In this document: positions 23,753-36,908 of the stretch, piece by piece
Layout of the letters: each line of letters begins with the position of its first letter
How positions within the stretch are numbered: the first letter of the stretch is position 1
From: Lingula anatina
Lineage: Eukaryota > Animalia > Brachiopoda
Direction: 5' to 3'
NCBI GenBank assembly: GCA_051362555.1
Contig: CM120640.1
Span: forward strand, 62,350,788 to 62,414,787
Length of the DNA: 64,000 nucleotides
Notes under the pieces: generated by a model
Told to the model about the DNA's origin: nothing
Databases searched by the model: none
What the model saw: only the letters and a program-made list of their open reading frames with translations
Program-made: the position numbers and the translations under genes

Positions 23753-26531
23753 GTATGGTATCTTTCATGGTATTTATACTTAACTTTCATTTTTATTTAG
23801 TTTGATTATAATTTTGCAACAAACTTAAGCGCTATCCTTTATTTTTGGTAAGTTTTTGAGTGAACCCGACGTTATCTTCCTTTAGAGGGGGGGAATGATA
23901 TAATCATTCAAATCGGATAGCTTTGCATTGGTGTGCTTTAATTGTCAAAACAAACTGATATTGCTTTTATTGTGATAGAACTGTGAGTGATTCCCTGCAA
24001 ACCTGACTGAGCTCTGTGACTTGTTGTTGCTAGAGTTGTCAAGCATTGTTTGTGTACAGTTTGAACAAATCTCAGATTTCTGAGAACAAAGTGGAATACA
24101 ATACTGTTACAAGATAAAACTATTGTTATGGTAGCAATCTCAGTAACAGTGAACTGTAAGAAGTTAATTTGATCCTGTCCTGAGATTCTGATTCATTGTA
24201 ATTATATCAACCACAACAACGATAACAACAGACAGTTTACAAAAGAACAAAATCCAAATTGCTTTAAAGAAGGCACCGATAACTCTTCCTAGGCTCAATT
24301 TGAGTTTAAAATGCCAGTTGCCAAGAAAAACAGACATGGACACAGCTCTGGAAGTTTTCATTTTTTATTTCCAACTGATAAGCTTGACAGTGTTGTGCTG
24401 CAGATGGCAGTGTTGGAATGATTCACCTGAATTGGAATTTGAAAGGGTGTATAACTTCAACAATATTTATCATCGGGTGCCATTAAGTGATTTTCAAACT
24501 GTCAAAAATGGCACGCATTTAGTCAAGTTAAAAAAAATAAGACAAGTGACCTTTCATGGTTTGGATAAACATGGTGTTGAAGTTTTTTCAACTTGTCCTA
24601 CTTGAAATCCCCATTCCCCCATTCTTCTTGATATTTTTTGATACATTTTCAGGGGTAATTTGAGGGGGAAAATTTAAGTTACAAAGCCAATATGATTGAT
24701 GCTTTTAAGAAGGCACATCTTTGACAATTCTTGGCAATAATCCAAAATTTATTATGCAAGTTGCAAGCTAATTGTTACCAAGTGCAATCTAATAAATTTT
24801 AAATATGATATGATTTATGCTTATGAAAACTACTTGTCAACAGTTTCCGTATAATTAAATATAATAACAGTTTTTGTATTTTTTAGTTCCACATTAGAGA
24901 CAACTTTGCTTACTGTTACAATAGTGCTGGTATCCTGTTACTCCAAACTTCCCTGACTTTGGCAATTTTGTGTTGAACTCATTTCTTAAAAAAAGATGAT
25001 ATGCAGTTTTATTGAAATTGTGGTTCAAAGATTTATGTTAGGTGTCATTTCTGGCACCAAGGAAGTTTAGAAGTGTGTATGTGTGTGTTGGGGGGGAAGG
25101 GGTGGAGATACCAAGACGAATCCTGTTTAGAGGACAACAATTTATATTCATGTCATTTTTGAGGCTGTGGCATTATTTTTTGTGAGGATAAAGGTGATAA
25201 GATTATATTGAGGTATTGCAATGTGATCTGGTTATAAAGGTACATATCATTGCAATTGAAAGGAATTTTGACCTTACCCAGATACAAGCACTTACCTAGA
25301 AAAAAAAGAGTAGGCAGTCTTGTCTCTTCACCCTTTATACTGAGCGCTGAATAACTTCTTGATAGTAGTATTATTTTCATCATCTTTCTTGAAAGCTTTG
25401 CTTTGGACAAATTTTTCTCCCAAAGTCTATCAGCTAACACAGTAAAACTGACACATTTTAGAAACACATATTAACTAAAAATGGCTAGAAATATCTAAGA
25501 AGAGAAACCTAATTAAGATAAGGTGAATTAAAATTTTGGGGGGACTATGTGATTTTTTCCAATTTAGAGCAAACCAGAAATCTTGATTTATTATTGAAAA
25601 CTCCTTGTTCAAATTTCTTTCTCCCTTCATGTCTCCTAATATAAAGATTTCAGGTAATCCTATAACTCTAACAACTTTTTCTCCAGAAACTTATTCGCAG
25701 AGGTAGTGGCAATATTTTGGTTTCACATGAGGGCGTATATCGGCCCCAAAGGGTGCGTTACACTCTATTTCTGTCTAAGCATGGGACTTGCGTAACTTTT
25801 GTTTAATCGAATTTATACTAGTTACATGTAGTCTAACAAAAGAAACATCACTATTCCTAAAACAGATATATAGAAGGACACTGAACTTGTCACTATTGAC
25901 ATTTGCATGGTGAGTTATGATAGCATGGATATACCAACTAGCAATAGATGTAAACAGTTTTCTTAAAATTGGCTTAAAATCTGAAATATGGTAGACTATA
26001 ATATTGCATCATATAGCTAAAGAAATAAATAGTCACTTATTAGTCAGTCTTAGTATTTGCTCATACATGTTTGTGCCTGTAAAGTACCCGTGTCTGTGAC
26101 TGTCTATGTCTGTGAAAAGTGTCTTATTCAGTGTTCTTATTATATAGGAGTGCATGAGTGAGATAACCACTTATAGCATTAAGATTTGCATTGTTGTACA
26201 CAATACAATAGAAGCTGATGCTGTGTTACAAACTGCGCATGAATACCTATAGGAAGACACCATTGGTCTTGAGCATAATTTATCAGTGTCAAATATTTCA
26301 TTTATTTATTTTTACATTTTGATGAATAAATTTCACAAAATGTGTTGAAAGCATTTGGTTAAATATGCAAAATGTGTTTAAATATTTTTAGTTTAACTCT
26401 TTTGTTTCACAGCAATTTGACAATTTTAATTTTTGATGTTTGCATCAATGAAATAAGTGGATTCTCATTAACTTTTAATTTAAAAGCAAATCCAGAATTC
26501 GTTATTTATTTCCATAACTTGTTTTATCCAG

Positions 26532-26756
26532 GATCCTGCTCTTCAGAAATTAAAACGTACGAGCACGTTCCTATCTGGGCTTTTGCCAACGCGAAATGCT
26601 GAGAAGGACGATTCCCCAGATGTTCGACACAGTGACAAATCCAGTGACTTGGGGTCTATCAGCGAGTTCTCCATCAGCTCAGTTAGTCTAATACCCCCTG
26701 TGAGGGAGCAGGCGGCCTGCTTGGAGCAGATTCTGCGGTATCTAGCACAGGCCATG
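26532..26756 (+). CDS. ARHGEF18: RhoGEF exon (DPALQKLKRTST...EQILRYLAQAM)
   Basis: atccag|...atg|gtgagg, 225 nt, open. Confidence 0.88.
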
Positions 26757-26788
26757 GTGAGGAGATAATGTTAACTTGTTTGTGATTG

Positions 26789-26792
26789 GTGT

Positions 26793-26861
<69 letters not shown>
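26789..26861. repeat. (GT)n microsatellite
   Basis: Direct inspection. Confidence 0.97.
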
Positions 26862-26866
<5 letters not shown>

Positions 26867-27464
26867 ATCTAAAGTTATGCTGTAGATGTATGAAGTGAAC
26901 CTTATAAAAGATTTTGCAAAATTTGATAAATAAAGGTGTGGAACGGCACAAAATGAATGTGTCAATGTAAATATGAAATGGAAATGTCAATGCAAGTGTA
27001 CTGAAATGGCTTCTCCCCCACTCAGCATGAGTTTTGTTCTAATGCTGTGTAAGATCTGTCAGTTTCTTCAGGACTAATTGCACCCTGCAAGGCTGGTCAG
27101 ACTTGAGGTACAGTTTGATCAAAGTAACTCAAGATTGATCTTTGCCATGTTAAAGATTAAGTTTAGAAGAAAAAAAGTCCTGTTCTGCCTGAAGACCAAA
27201 TGACCAAATGCAGCGTAACAGAGGATAAATATGGCCATTGTTCAGAATTTGTTCTTACTTAATAAGCTGCTACATACAAAGTAAGCTATGTGTACTTTGG
27301 TGTGCAATCCAAACCACCATCGACATAAGACACCATACTGGGAGTAGTGAAATAAATTACATGAACTGCCGTTTTTATTTCCATGGCCCTATGGGGTAAC
27401 ATGGTGTAATTGTGCTATTTGACAATTATCGCTGTCTGGCGTAACTATGTTACTAAATGAGACT

Positions 27465-27518
27465 TTAACCCATATTCCTCACACCAGGTGGCAAAAAATG
27501 GCCAGCAGTTTGGGTTAA
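27465..27518. mobile_element. Possible tiny piggyBac-type MITE relic
   Basis: TTAA-CCCA...TGGG-TTAA ends with an imperfect 11-bp inverted repeat. Confidence 0.3.
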
Positions 27519-28199
27519 CAAGACAATTGTTTTCACATTGGCTGGCTCATTTTTGTTCCAACTGACTAATACCCACAATTTAGGACTACATGTCTGTCAT
27601 CAGCCTGTATATCTACACTCTTCACAATGCCTGGAAGCCACAGAAGGCAGAAATGTGTTGTTAAAAAAGTAAGATATTGGCAATGAAAGTCAACAATGGA
27701 AAGAGTCGCTATTGTTGTTTAGCAATTTCTGAACCATTGTTGTAGTTTTTACCTTAAATTAGCTCTTTGTCATTATAGAATAAACAAGTGTCTAAAAGAA
27801 ATCATCACAAAATGAAGTATTGGTTGTGATGTAAACATGCACCTATTAAAGCAAGAATTACATTGAAAATCTAGAATGTAGTTTTGAGTATCTTTCAAAA
27901 AGTGCAATAAACTGAAAGAAAGGGCAATCTTTCCAAAAACAATGATTTATATATTTTAACAGGAAAAAAACACTTGAGATTGTGACATTTTGACAAGTAA
28001 ACTGTTGTTTATTTCTCAGAATCCTTAGAAAGTGGCAATTGTTTATATCAACTGTATGTCCTTTACGGAATTCAGTTGAAGGTTATCCAAAGGCCCTTTA
28101 TATACTGCTCTACCATGTCCTTGAATTTTTTTAAATCTTAGAAGTTAATTTTTTTTTTTCATTTACTATTTGAAGGGTTCCTTTGTTTTTCATGTTTAA

Positions 28200-28720
28200 T
28201 GTTTACATGGCAAGGATCCCATGGCCAATCCTGCTCCCTTTTAAAACTGATGACAAAAATTTGGGACAAAGTTCTCTCCAGACAGTGACATGATGCAGCT
28301 TGTAGTCATATCAAGAGAGAAAGCACCTTGAATGTTATCAGGAATACAGGGCTACCCCACCATGTATTCCAATACTAATGCAGCTTACAACATTTCTGAT
28401 ACAGTTTTGCCTGATGATGATATGTTTTTCATAGGTTTTATCTTCCTGGGAACCCCATTTCCATTGTCAACTGTTTTAGACCTGAAACATATCCTTGTCA
28501 TATTTGTGAAGGTAATAAGCCTTGATTGCTGCAATTTGGCAGATGAACACAAACAAAAGAAATGTGTTCTACATGACAATATATAAAGGAAAAAAATGAC
28601 AGCAATTGAAAAATGACATTGTTGGATTATGTCATGCGCTAACAGACTGGGTGTATTGAATGTATCATCGTGACTTGGAAGTCAGCCAAGTGTGGTTAAT
28701 TGGGGTGGAGAAAAGATCTG
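28200..28720 (-). mobile_element. Possible ancient LINE (CR1/L2-type) endonuclease remnant
   Basis: Minus-strand fragments TWLT, HGGVALY and TVWRELCP in the expected order, but heavily decayed and spacing imperfect. Confidence 0.25.
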
Positions 28721-31700
28721 AATCATGACATAAGAAGCTGCTCATGGCAAATGAAACAATGGAACAGTGGAGCACAGAATATCATTTTATTTTCAAAAAC
28801 ATATTATTTAATGTCATGAAAGGGAGTATTGCAGGGAATATGAGTAGCTACTAATAGCATTTAAAAAAAGTATTACAAAATGAATGCAACATGCAAGGTT
28901 AAAAAAAATTTTTTCTTTTTGAAAAGTTATTGGAACTGGTTTTCTCAAAAGAATATAAACTGTTATAACTGTTCATAGATGGCTACGACAAAATGACATT
29001 TCATGCAAAAAATCTTTAGATCAATTGAACTGCAAATTATGGTCAAATAGGATAATATTTTTTTAAAAAATTATTTTTGATGATATTGTTCCTCATGTAT
29101 GTCCGCAGTCATTCTTTGCAAAGTAGTGAAGTCATTTTCATTAGTCAGGTGCTGCCGTTGAACTTGCCATTACACAAGATCTTCCAGTTAGTTGAAGACA
29201 TCACATTATATTAGCTCTCCAGTTGACTTTCTCATTTGCCAGACAGGGTCAGTGGGGACAAATGCTGTCTTAGTCCAGACTGATTTTTTTCTCCCAAATC
29301 AAATATCAAAGGATCTTTCTATTTTGAAGGTGTTTTAAGGTTTACGGATTGTTGAAGTGGGTGTGGCAGAGGTTCCATGTAAGCATCCATCACAGTGACA
29401 GTGGCAGTATGTAGACATTACATTAATTGCTGAAACTGTGGTCCTTTCAAATGTGGCCTTGATCTAGCTGTCAACAGTCTGTATTGTGTTACAGCAAATT
29501 GTACCAGTTCTTGTGACCAGCAGCATGTCAAGAGCACAAATTCTGATATTTGATTTAAGAAAATTACTGGGTTTTTTTCCTTTCAAATTGAATTACAGCA
29601 GATTTTATGTTTGACGCCTCATTTCATGTCATTTCAAGTATCAAGTAGCATGTATTTGTTAGATACACTAGGCAGACTGAAATATCTGATATCCTACTTA
29701 TCAAACTAGTTTGAGTGACAATGAAGAAAGATTATTTATAGGTTTAGTATATAAATTACAAAAATATTGGTTTTGTTAAAAAAATTTTCTGGACAGGGGT
29801 AGGGAGCTGTTAAATGTAGGTAAAAATGATTTTTCTTAAATTAACCTGAAAGAGCACTTGCAACCTTATCCAAAGTATCACAGCCCAGACTGTTTCATGT
29901 TGTATTTGCGTGCCTGTAGGCTCTCAAGTTATTTTAGAATACAGCTCTGGCAGTACATATATTATGTAAGGCAATTGTTTGGTCTGGGCCACTATCAAAA
30001 TGAAGGATCAGTAAATTGTTCTCAGCAGGCTCAGAATTCAAGAGCCATGTTTGTGTTACCCCTCCACTCTGAGAGAGACAACTCATCTGTACAGATGAAA
30101 GCAATTCACCAACGACACATGGAGGGATCAAACTGGTTTTGTTTGCTTATGATTTTTTTTTATCCTTGGAAATACGATGCCTTATTTTTTGTCCTGACAA
30201 GAAAACACAGTAATGTGCCTGTTTGGGTAGTTATTGGTGATCAATTGATAACCTAAACAGGGTTAAGTTAATTTGTCAGGAAAAAATTTCCTACCTTGGT
30301 CACTTTTTTAAACAAGTCGCCCCATTTATCTCAGGAAGATAAACAAGAACAAAAATACAGAAAGAAAGAAAGACAGTACAGTACCTATAGTAGTAACCAG
30401 TGAGTGTGCCATTGGAGCCATTCCAATGCACCTGTTTGTACATCCTCAGATAACCCCCCTCCCTATCTACCTACCAAACCAACCCAGGTGACATGTAATA
30501 GTGGAATTTCAAGGCAAACACTATCCTACGGCAGATGTGGTCAGTGGAGTTTTTACACGTGGGTGTCAGCATGGGGCTCAGCACTCCCCATGTTGGTAAA
30601 TAAACAGAAAAAAACAACAGAACTGTCAATTACCAGTGACCATTTGCATTGTTTGGCACCTGAACAAGCCATTTTCCCACATGAACATTTGAGTTCTAGC
30701 TTTTGGCTGTGATTTTGCATTAACACCAGATTTGGACTCACTTGACATGGCTCTTAGACTTTAGCTGTAAGAATTTGTGCTGAGATGATCAAGTGACAAG
30801 TAAAGAGTATCTAAACTCTGAAATGTTCAGTATCACATGAAACAGTGACAGGTGTTTGTAGAAACTATGCACAAGTCAAATTTTCTGCATGTTTTAAACA
30901 TCCCAAAGAGCACAGATTTGAATACATCATCACGATGAGAGGATGGTATTTAGTTGGAGAAATAAGTGACAATCTATTGATATATATATATGTAACATAA
31001 CTTTCTGTTAAGAAAACTATGCAACTTCTGTCATTTTGACATGATGCAAGAATTATTAAAACAAATCCTTAGTCTTTAGGTCAGGGGAAAGAATGTCTAC
31101 ATAGATGTCGGCATTTTGAAGTTGTGAAAAAAGGGCCAGTTCCAACATGGAGATGTTTTAGAAATGTTCAAGAAGTACTTAGTGGCATTTTCCATTTAGT
31201 AAACAGGTGGAAGCTATCTGTTATTGTGTCATCTGAAATCAAACACCCTTCCATATTCAGTCAGTGGGTACATAACATTTGAGATTGAGTCTATTTTGAC
31301 AGATTTGGAGGGGGACTTGTAGATGTCTGAGAGATAAAAGAAATTTGATCAAAGTTGTTCAACTTTGGAAAATAGAAAGCATTTGTGTTTTTAGGCCTCT
31401 GGGTTGGAATTGAACACTATTTTAATGGGCAATGATGGGAAATTTAACTCAAAAGATAAAAAATGTTTTTGTGAAGAGTTTCATTGCAAAAGGTATCATT
31501 ACATGCAATTGTAGGCCTTTATAAAATTAAAATATCAGCAATGGTCAGATTTTAGCCAGTCTCTCTTGGTAGAGTTTCTAAAACCCCTCTCTCTTTGTTA
31601 CCTGCCAGACTAAGGTGTCTGCATGTTTAACATTCCACAGGTGAAATAAAAAGTACTTTTCTCAAGTGAATTCTTTTTTTTTTTTCTTGATAAGGCATGA

Positions 31701-32669
31701 GTTGTGTCTGTCTAGTTCTGTGTAGGAGGATTTATATGGATGATTATTACAAGCACATAGTGGTGTTTGGTATGTCTGTTAACTATATATGCTGGATAAG
31801 GCTTGCCTGAACATGTAGGCATGGCTTTCAGATCTTGGGGAAGCTGTTGCAAATTGTTTATTAAAAGTAAATCATTGTCATCAAAATTTAGGAAAAAATC
31901 TTTGTTGCCCTCGAAGTTACTTCAAACATACCAACTATGAGGAAAAAATGCTGCATTTCATTTTATGGAAAATGTAGTCATTTTAGCAAAGAATTATTTT
32001 CAGGGCAAAAAAAAATCCATTCAAAACTATTTTGATATCCATTCCACATTTCCATGCAGTTAGAACTAACATGCTGATGATGTACATTACAGTCCAGACT
32101 CCCCCAGACAAAAGAGCACGCTGCTCACCTGTCACAGAAAGTTGTTTCAGGTGACCAAGTGTCTGGCTGGCGGCCTCTCTATGCGGATAGTGTGACTATC
32201 TAATAAAGCTCAGGCATGCAATAAACAGGTCACCTTGATATATGACAAGTGTCATTTGATGTTACTGTGGACAAATAATCATACTTACACACCAAAGTGA
32301 ATGGTCCCGTGATCAGTTGAAGACATTTTTTGTTGACATCTGAGAATTCACGTGCACGGTTGCTATTTGAAGTGGACAGTTTTCTTGTGTACTGTCTGTG
32401 CTGATTTTACAGACAGCTGTTCAATGAATTCAAATTCAGAATTCAAATGTCACAGTTATTTATTATTTAGCAAAGGACTAAGTAATTATTTCATAATGTG
32501 TTAGGTAGCATGTCATATTCATTCAGTCAGCGATGCCCTTGGGATTTGACATTTTGACTCATCAAGGTCAAAAATAGAAAATTGCTTTTTAACATTTATC
32601 CAGATTTATGATCAAGATAAAATTCCCTCTCTTTGAAAAAAAATACCTGCGCATTGTTCTTGGCTTGGT

Positions 32670-32671
<2 letters not shown>

Positions 32672-32747
<76 letters not shown>
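32672..32747. repeat. (GT)n microsatellite
   Basis: Direct inspection. Confidence 0.97.
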
Positions 32748-32748
<1 letters not shown>

Positions 32749-32851
32749 CATGCGTGCTTGCATGTGTGGACCAATATGTATTTTGTTTGCAATATGATTC
32801 AATGTATTCCTATTTAAAACAGCATTAAATTTAATGTTTTTATATTTTTAG

Positions 32852-32886
32852 CATGCATCAATCCACCAGAATACAAGACTTGAGAG
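32852..32886 (+). CDS. ARHGEF18: RhoGEF 35-nt exon (HASIHQNTRLER), phase 0-2
   Basis: ttttag|...ag|gtaagt, bridges the phase 0 donor (26756) to the phase 2 acceptor (35853). Confidence 0.88.
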
Positions 32887-33149
32887 GTAAGTATCTGCGG
32901 TGTTATAAACAAAATTTATAAAATGTCTAACCTGTTAACAAAATTGAATTATTGTAAAAAAATTGTGGGGATTTGGCATGGTTATATTTATTTTGGACAA
33001 AAAATGAGATAATTTTGTTAAAGAAACAGCGAAACTTCTTTCAAACCATTTACTCAATTTGTGGAAAGCGGAAAACCTTTGTAAGTGTCTGATTTAGGAT
33101 CAAACAGAGATCCTCTCATCTACATTCAGAAAGAAAACCAGCTCAAGGT

Positions 33150-33780
33150 ATCATGGAAGATTTTTTTTTTGGTCTTGCCTTTTTTTATCTGTTTTTTACC
33201 AAGATAAATTAAGTCTGGATTTAAAGGGTGCTCTTCATAGGTTTCAATGACATTAAAATACTGATTTTTTGTCTTCTTCTATTCTGTTCAAGCTTTGTTT
33301 CCATCACTCTGCTGGAGAAACATTTGATCCCCTTTTGGGAAAAAACTCTGCTGAGGTTGTTTTGTTATTGATAAGATAAATGTCTATAGTTGTGCGGGAC
33401 ATGTTGAGATTGAACAATAGCTACAGGCTCTGAGACCCTAATACAACACATTTGTAAATAGTGAGAAAAATAATTACGCTGTATGACAAGAAAAATTAAT
33501 GGTACTCTGACACCTATTTGGAACTCCAATGTTTTGTTTCCCACTTTAATTCACTTCAAATCAAGGATATGGTTTCTTTAAGAGACTTATCTTCTCTAAT
33601 CTTTTCACTTTGCCTTTTTTTCCCAGACGGGGGTAAACTTTTGTGTTTCATATTTATATTTGGCTATAAGGTCTTTTTCTCTTTATGTTGGTGACCCAGT
33701 AGGGGAACATGATCTGTCGTTTGAGAGATACAAGCTCCTTTTTGTTCAGTAAACTTACAAGAGTATGGAAAATGTAGGGC
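33150..33780 (-). mobile_element. Degenerate Penelope-like element reverse transcriptase remnant
   Basis: Minus-strand motifs in order: PTF, RQI..TGSPT (33686-33700), SLFTNV (33447-33464), GSNVSPA (33310-33330). Stops and frameshifts present. Confidence 0.45.
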
Positions 33781-34037
33781 TACCTTCCTTTTTGCTCTTC
33801 TGATATGAGCAAAATAATGCCACCCTTGTATCTAACAACTTTTCTCGTCTAGACTGCTATTGTAAGTATGACTTTCATAACACAGTTCTTCATAGAGCCA
33901 GTGTTTGGAGTGAGCTGAAATTTCATCCAGTAGTCACTGAAAAGATGAACTGTGAGAGATGTTTTCTCAGCATATTAATGAAGACAGGACTGAGATAGGT
34001 TGTATGGAACATGCACACTGGGGCTCTTATCCATGGA

Positions 34038-34150
34038 CCGTGTTTACAACAGGACTAACTAAAACTGAAAGTACTCTCACTGACATCACCAGACTTACAT
34101 AGGCTGTGTTTGCAACTCAACTAAGACTGAAAGTACTCTTCTCATTGGCA
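34038..34150. repeat. Imperfect two-copy tandem duplication (about 66-bp period)
   Basis: GTGTTTRCAAC...AACTAARACTGAAAGTACTCT occurs twice. Confidence 0.6.
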
Positions 34151-35852
34151 GTGAAGTAACCTCTTCCAGTTACGTGAATTATTTGAAACTGTGGTTGCTG
34201 CAATTTTCATGAATTGAAATGTGAAATGAAAAGTCGTGTTTACATGCATGTTTAAGATAGAGAACTGGTGTAAAATATCAAGATAAGTGAAAAATGAATA
34301 ATGTTTTGGAAGGCGGAAATATACTTTTCATGATTCAGAAGTGATCACTGCAAACATTGCAAACTTGAAAAATTTTTCAGTGTTTAATTTATGTGGAAAA
34401 GGGCTGTGGAAATAACTTTTTTCTAGTAAGTTTCTGTACATTAGCCAGCTTCACAGTCTAGTTTTTGGTCTATTTAGTTCTTACTGTATTTTCTTTTTTG
34501 TCATGGAAATCTGAGTAAAGAGAAACTCCACATACAACAGCCGGTGTTGTTAACCTGTGCTCTGATTGCCATTATTCAACCCCCTAATTGCACTGAATGT
34601 CACAAAAAAACACGTAACATATCTCTCAAATCACAGTCATTACCTGGCTCAACTTGTTTTCTGCTCTCTACCAAAAGCGTTAATATCTTACTCCTGTTCT
34701 ATTTGTTTATGATTGATGGATGGTTGGTCATATCCATTCATAATTAACAAGTATACTCTACATTTGGTGTGGCATTTCATGCCTCAAATGACCCAAGCCT
34801 GAACCTGAGGAGTCTGCCTCAGCATATCAGATACCTGAGGTTGGTTCTGTTTAACTCGCTTATAAAAGATGACAACAAATCGTGCTTGTCAGCATAAGTT
34901 ATTAAGAGAAAGGGGATAGCAAAATTGGCAACCGGATCCAGAACAGTAGACCAAGTGTAGCAGGCATGAGCAATTTTGAACAAAATCTTTGAGTGTTGTG
35001 TTGCATAATTTCATGCCTCTTTCTACAAAAGACTAGACTAAGTGGTCGCGTGTTTAACCTTGTGATGTGCCCTTCCTGTGTGTAAGTCTACCGCTACCTG
35101 GCTGCACAAGAAAAGTTGGCAGATTGTTATGTATTATTACCCCCTCAAACTCGAAACTTTTTTTTTTATTGCTTGCAGAGTCTTGTTGTTCTATCCAGCA
35201 TTCCTTAGTGGAAGAATGTTTGTTATTCCCCTGGAGTCGTCTCTTTTGCAGGGACTAAGTGTTCTGTCTTTTAAGATTTTTGTGGCTTTAAGTTTGTCTG
35301 CAAGCTTTATAAACATGGGGACACTGTGACATTCCTGGGCTTACTTTGATTTTGTCCATGCAACATCACATAACACCACAGACTGATGCATTCTTGCCTT
35401 TGATCAAGCCATGTCTAAAGGAGAGAAAATGGCCATTAAGATATGTTAAGGGCGTTTTAAAAACCCATTAACATGTCCTTATTTACCAAAATTTGAGTAA
35501 AGGGTGACAATTTAATGTGGATGCTACTAGAGGCTGTAGACTTCATTTGTAATTGTAACCTGTTTTTGTAGGTAACTTGGAGACGATTGGTTACTTACTC
35601 CATAATATGATATCTTTACTGTAAAATAATATCCATTGAAAATTGTCATGTAGTTTTATTGCAAATTGAAATGTTGAAATTACAAAAGAGTTTGATGACA
35701 ACCCTATCAAAACCCCACCCACCAAATACACACAAGTGTATCCAAAAGTTAAAATGCTAGATGTTTACTTTTAGTTTCTATCACTGTGCTTTACATGTCT
35801 ATTGGTTTTACAATCAGACCTATTAAGTAACAATTTTGATTGATCTCTTCAG

Positions 35853-35979
35853 ATGCAAAGCTCACCTTGTGGAGTCTAATGAAAAAGTGGAGAAATTGAC
35901 GGCAGAGACCAAGCAGTACCAGGAGAGGAAAGGAACCTTTCGACATAACCAACAACTGGAAGAACTACGTCGACTCCAG
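35853..35979 (+). CDS. ARHGEF18: RhoGEF exon, coiled coil (FRHNQQLEELRRLQ)
   Basis: cttcag|...cag|gtatac. Confidence 0.92.
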
Positions 35980-36482
35980 GTATACAACAGGCAATCCCAG
36001 CTGATTCCTGAGATTGCATCTCTTTAAACTTTTTAACTAGTTTATCAATTTTTTTTATTCTTTAAGTAAAAAATTGCACCCTTGGATAAATATAGGCAGT
36101 TTACATGTAATTGTCAACTACCAATTTCTTTCAGTTAATTTAAGATCTGTTCAGACATCTAACTCAATTCTCCTCAGACATCTAGATACCTGATAAATCA
36201 GTTTTTATTGATGATGCAAGCTCATTAAATTTCTTATTTAAAGTAGTCTTTGCCTGTGAAATGAATGTCAACCCAAATAAGTCAAATCTAGTTTTATGTC
36301 AGACATAAGCTTTTTTCCTTAGAATCATGGAATTCCAAGATTCTAAATTTAATTCTGATGGTTCATGAGATTATGTGTTTTGTCACACAATGAATTTCAC
36401 AGATTTTTTAAAACCTGTCTGTGATATTGTGTTAATATGTTAATTGAAATATAATTGTTTGACATCATTTGCCATGTTTCAG

Positions 36483-36599
36483 AGTTCCATTAACACTGAG
36501 AGAACAGATTGGGAGAAGACCAAGGAAAGGGAGAGGATGCGACTGGAGGCAGAGAGAGAGACTGTGGAAGAACACAGGAAAGATATAGAGAAACAACAG
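36483..36599 (+). CDS. ARHGEF18: RhoGEF exon, coiled coil (SSINTERTDWEKTKERE...EKQQ)
   Basis: tttcag|...cag|gtagac. Confidence 0.92.
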
Positions 36600-36908
36600 G
36601 TAGACTGGGGCAGTTTTCTTCTTTTGTTTTCCTTTTTTAAACGTGATCATATTTTTGATACTTTTTTTTTTGCCTTGTGATGAATTTGGTAAATCTGATC
36701 CTATCTTTTCTGAAAAGTGTGGGTTTTATAGTTGCTTTTAAATTTTCAAGTGTAAACTGTCATGCCAAAAATATGTTTGCTTCTCGGCCTTTTGGCTAAA
36801 GTTAAAGTGTAATTAGTAGAAATTTTCATATACTGTAGTTAGTAGGAGCAGGCTAAGTGCAGAGAGATTGTTACAAGGCATCTCAGTTGATTCCTATTCA
36901 TTTTCAAG

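Noticed and set aside
34540-34880. Possible L2 RT relic (GVPQGS-like)
   Set aside because: Too degenerate to call
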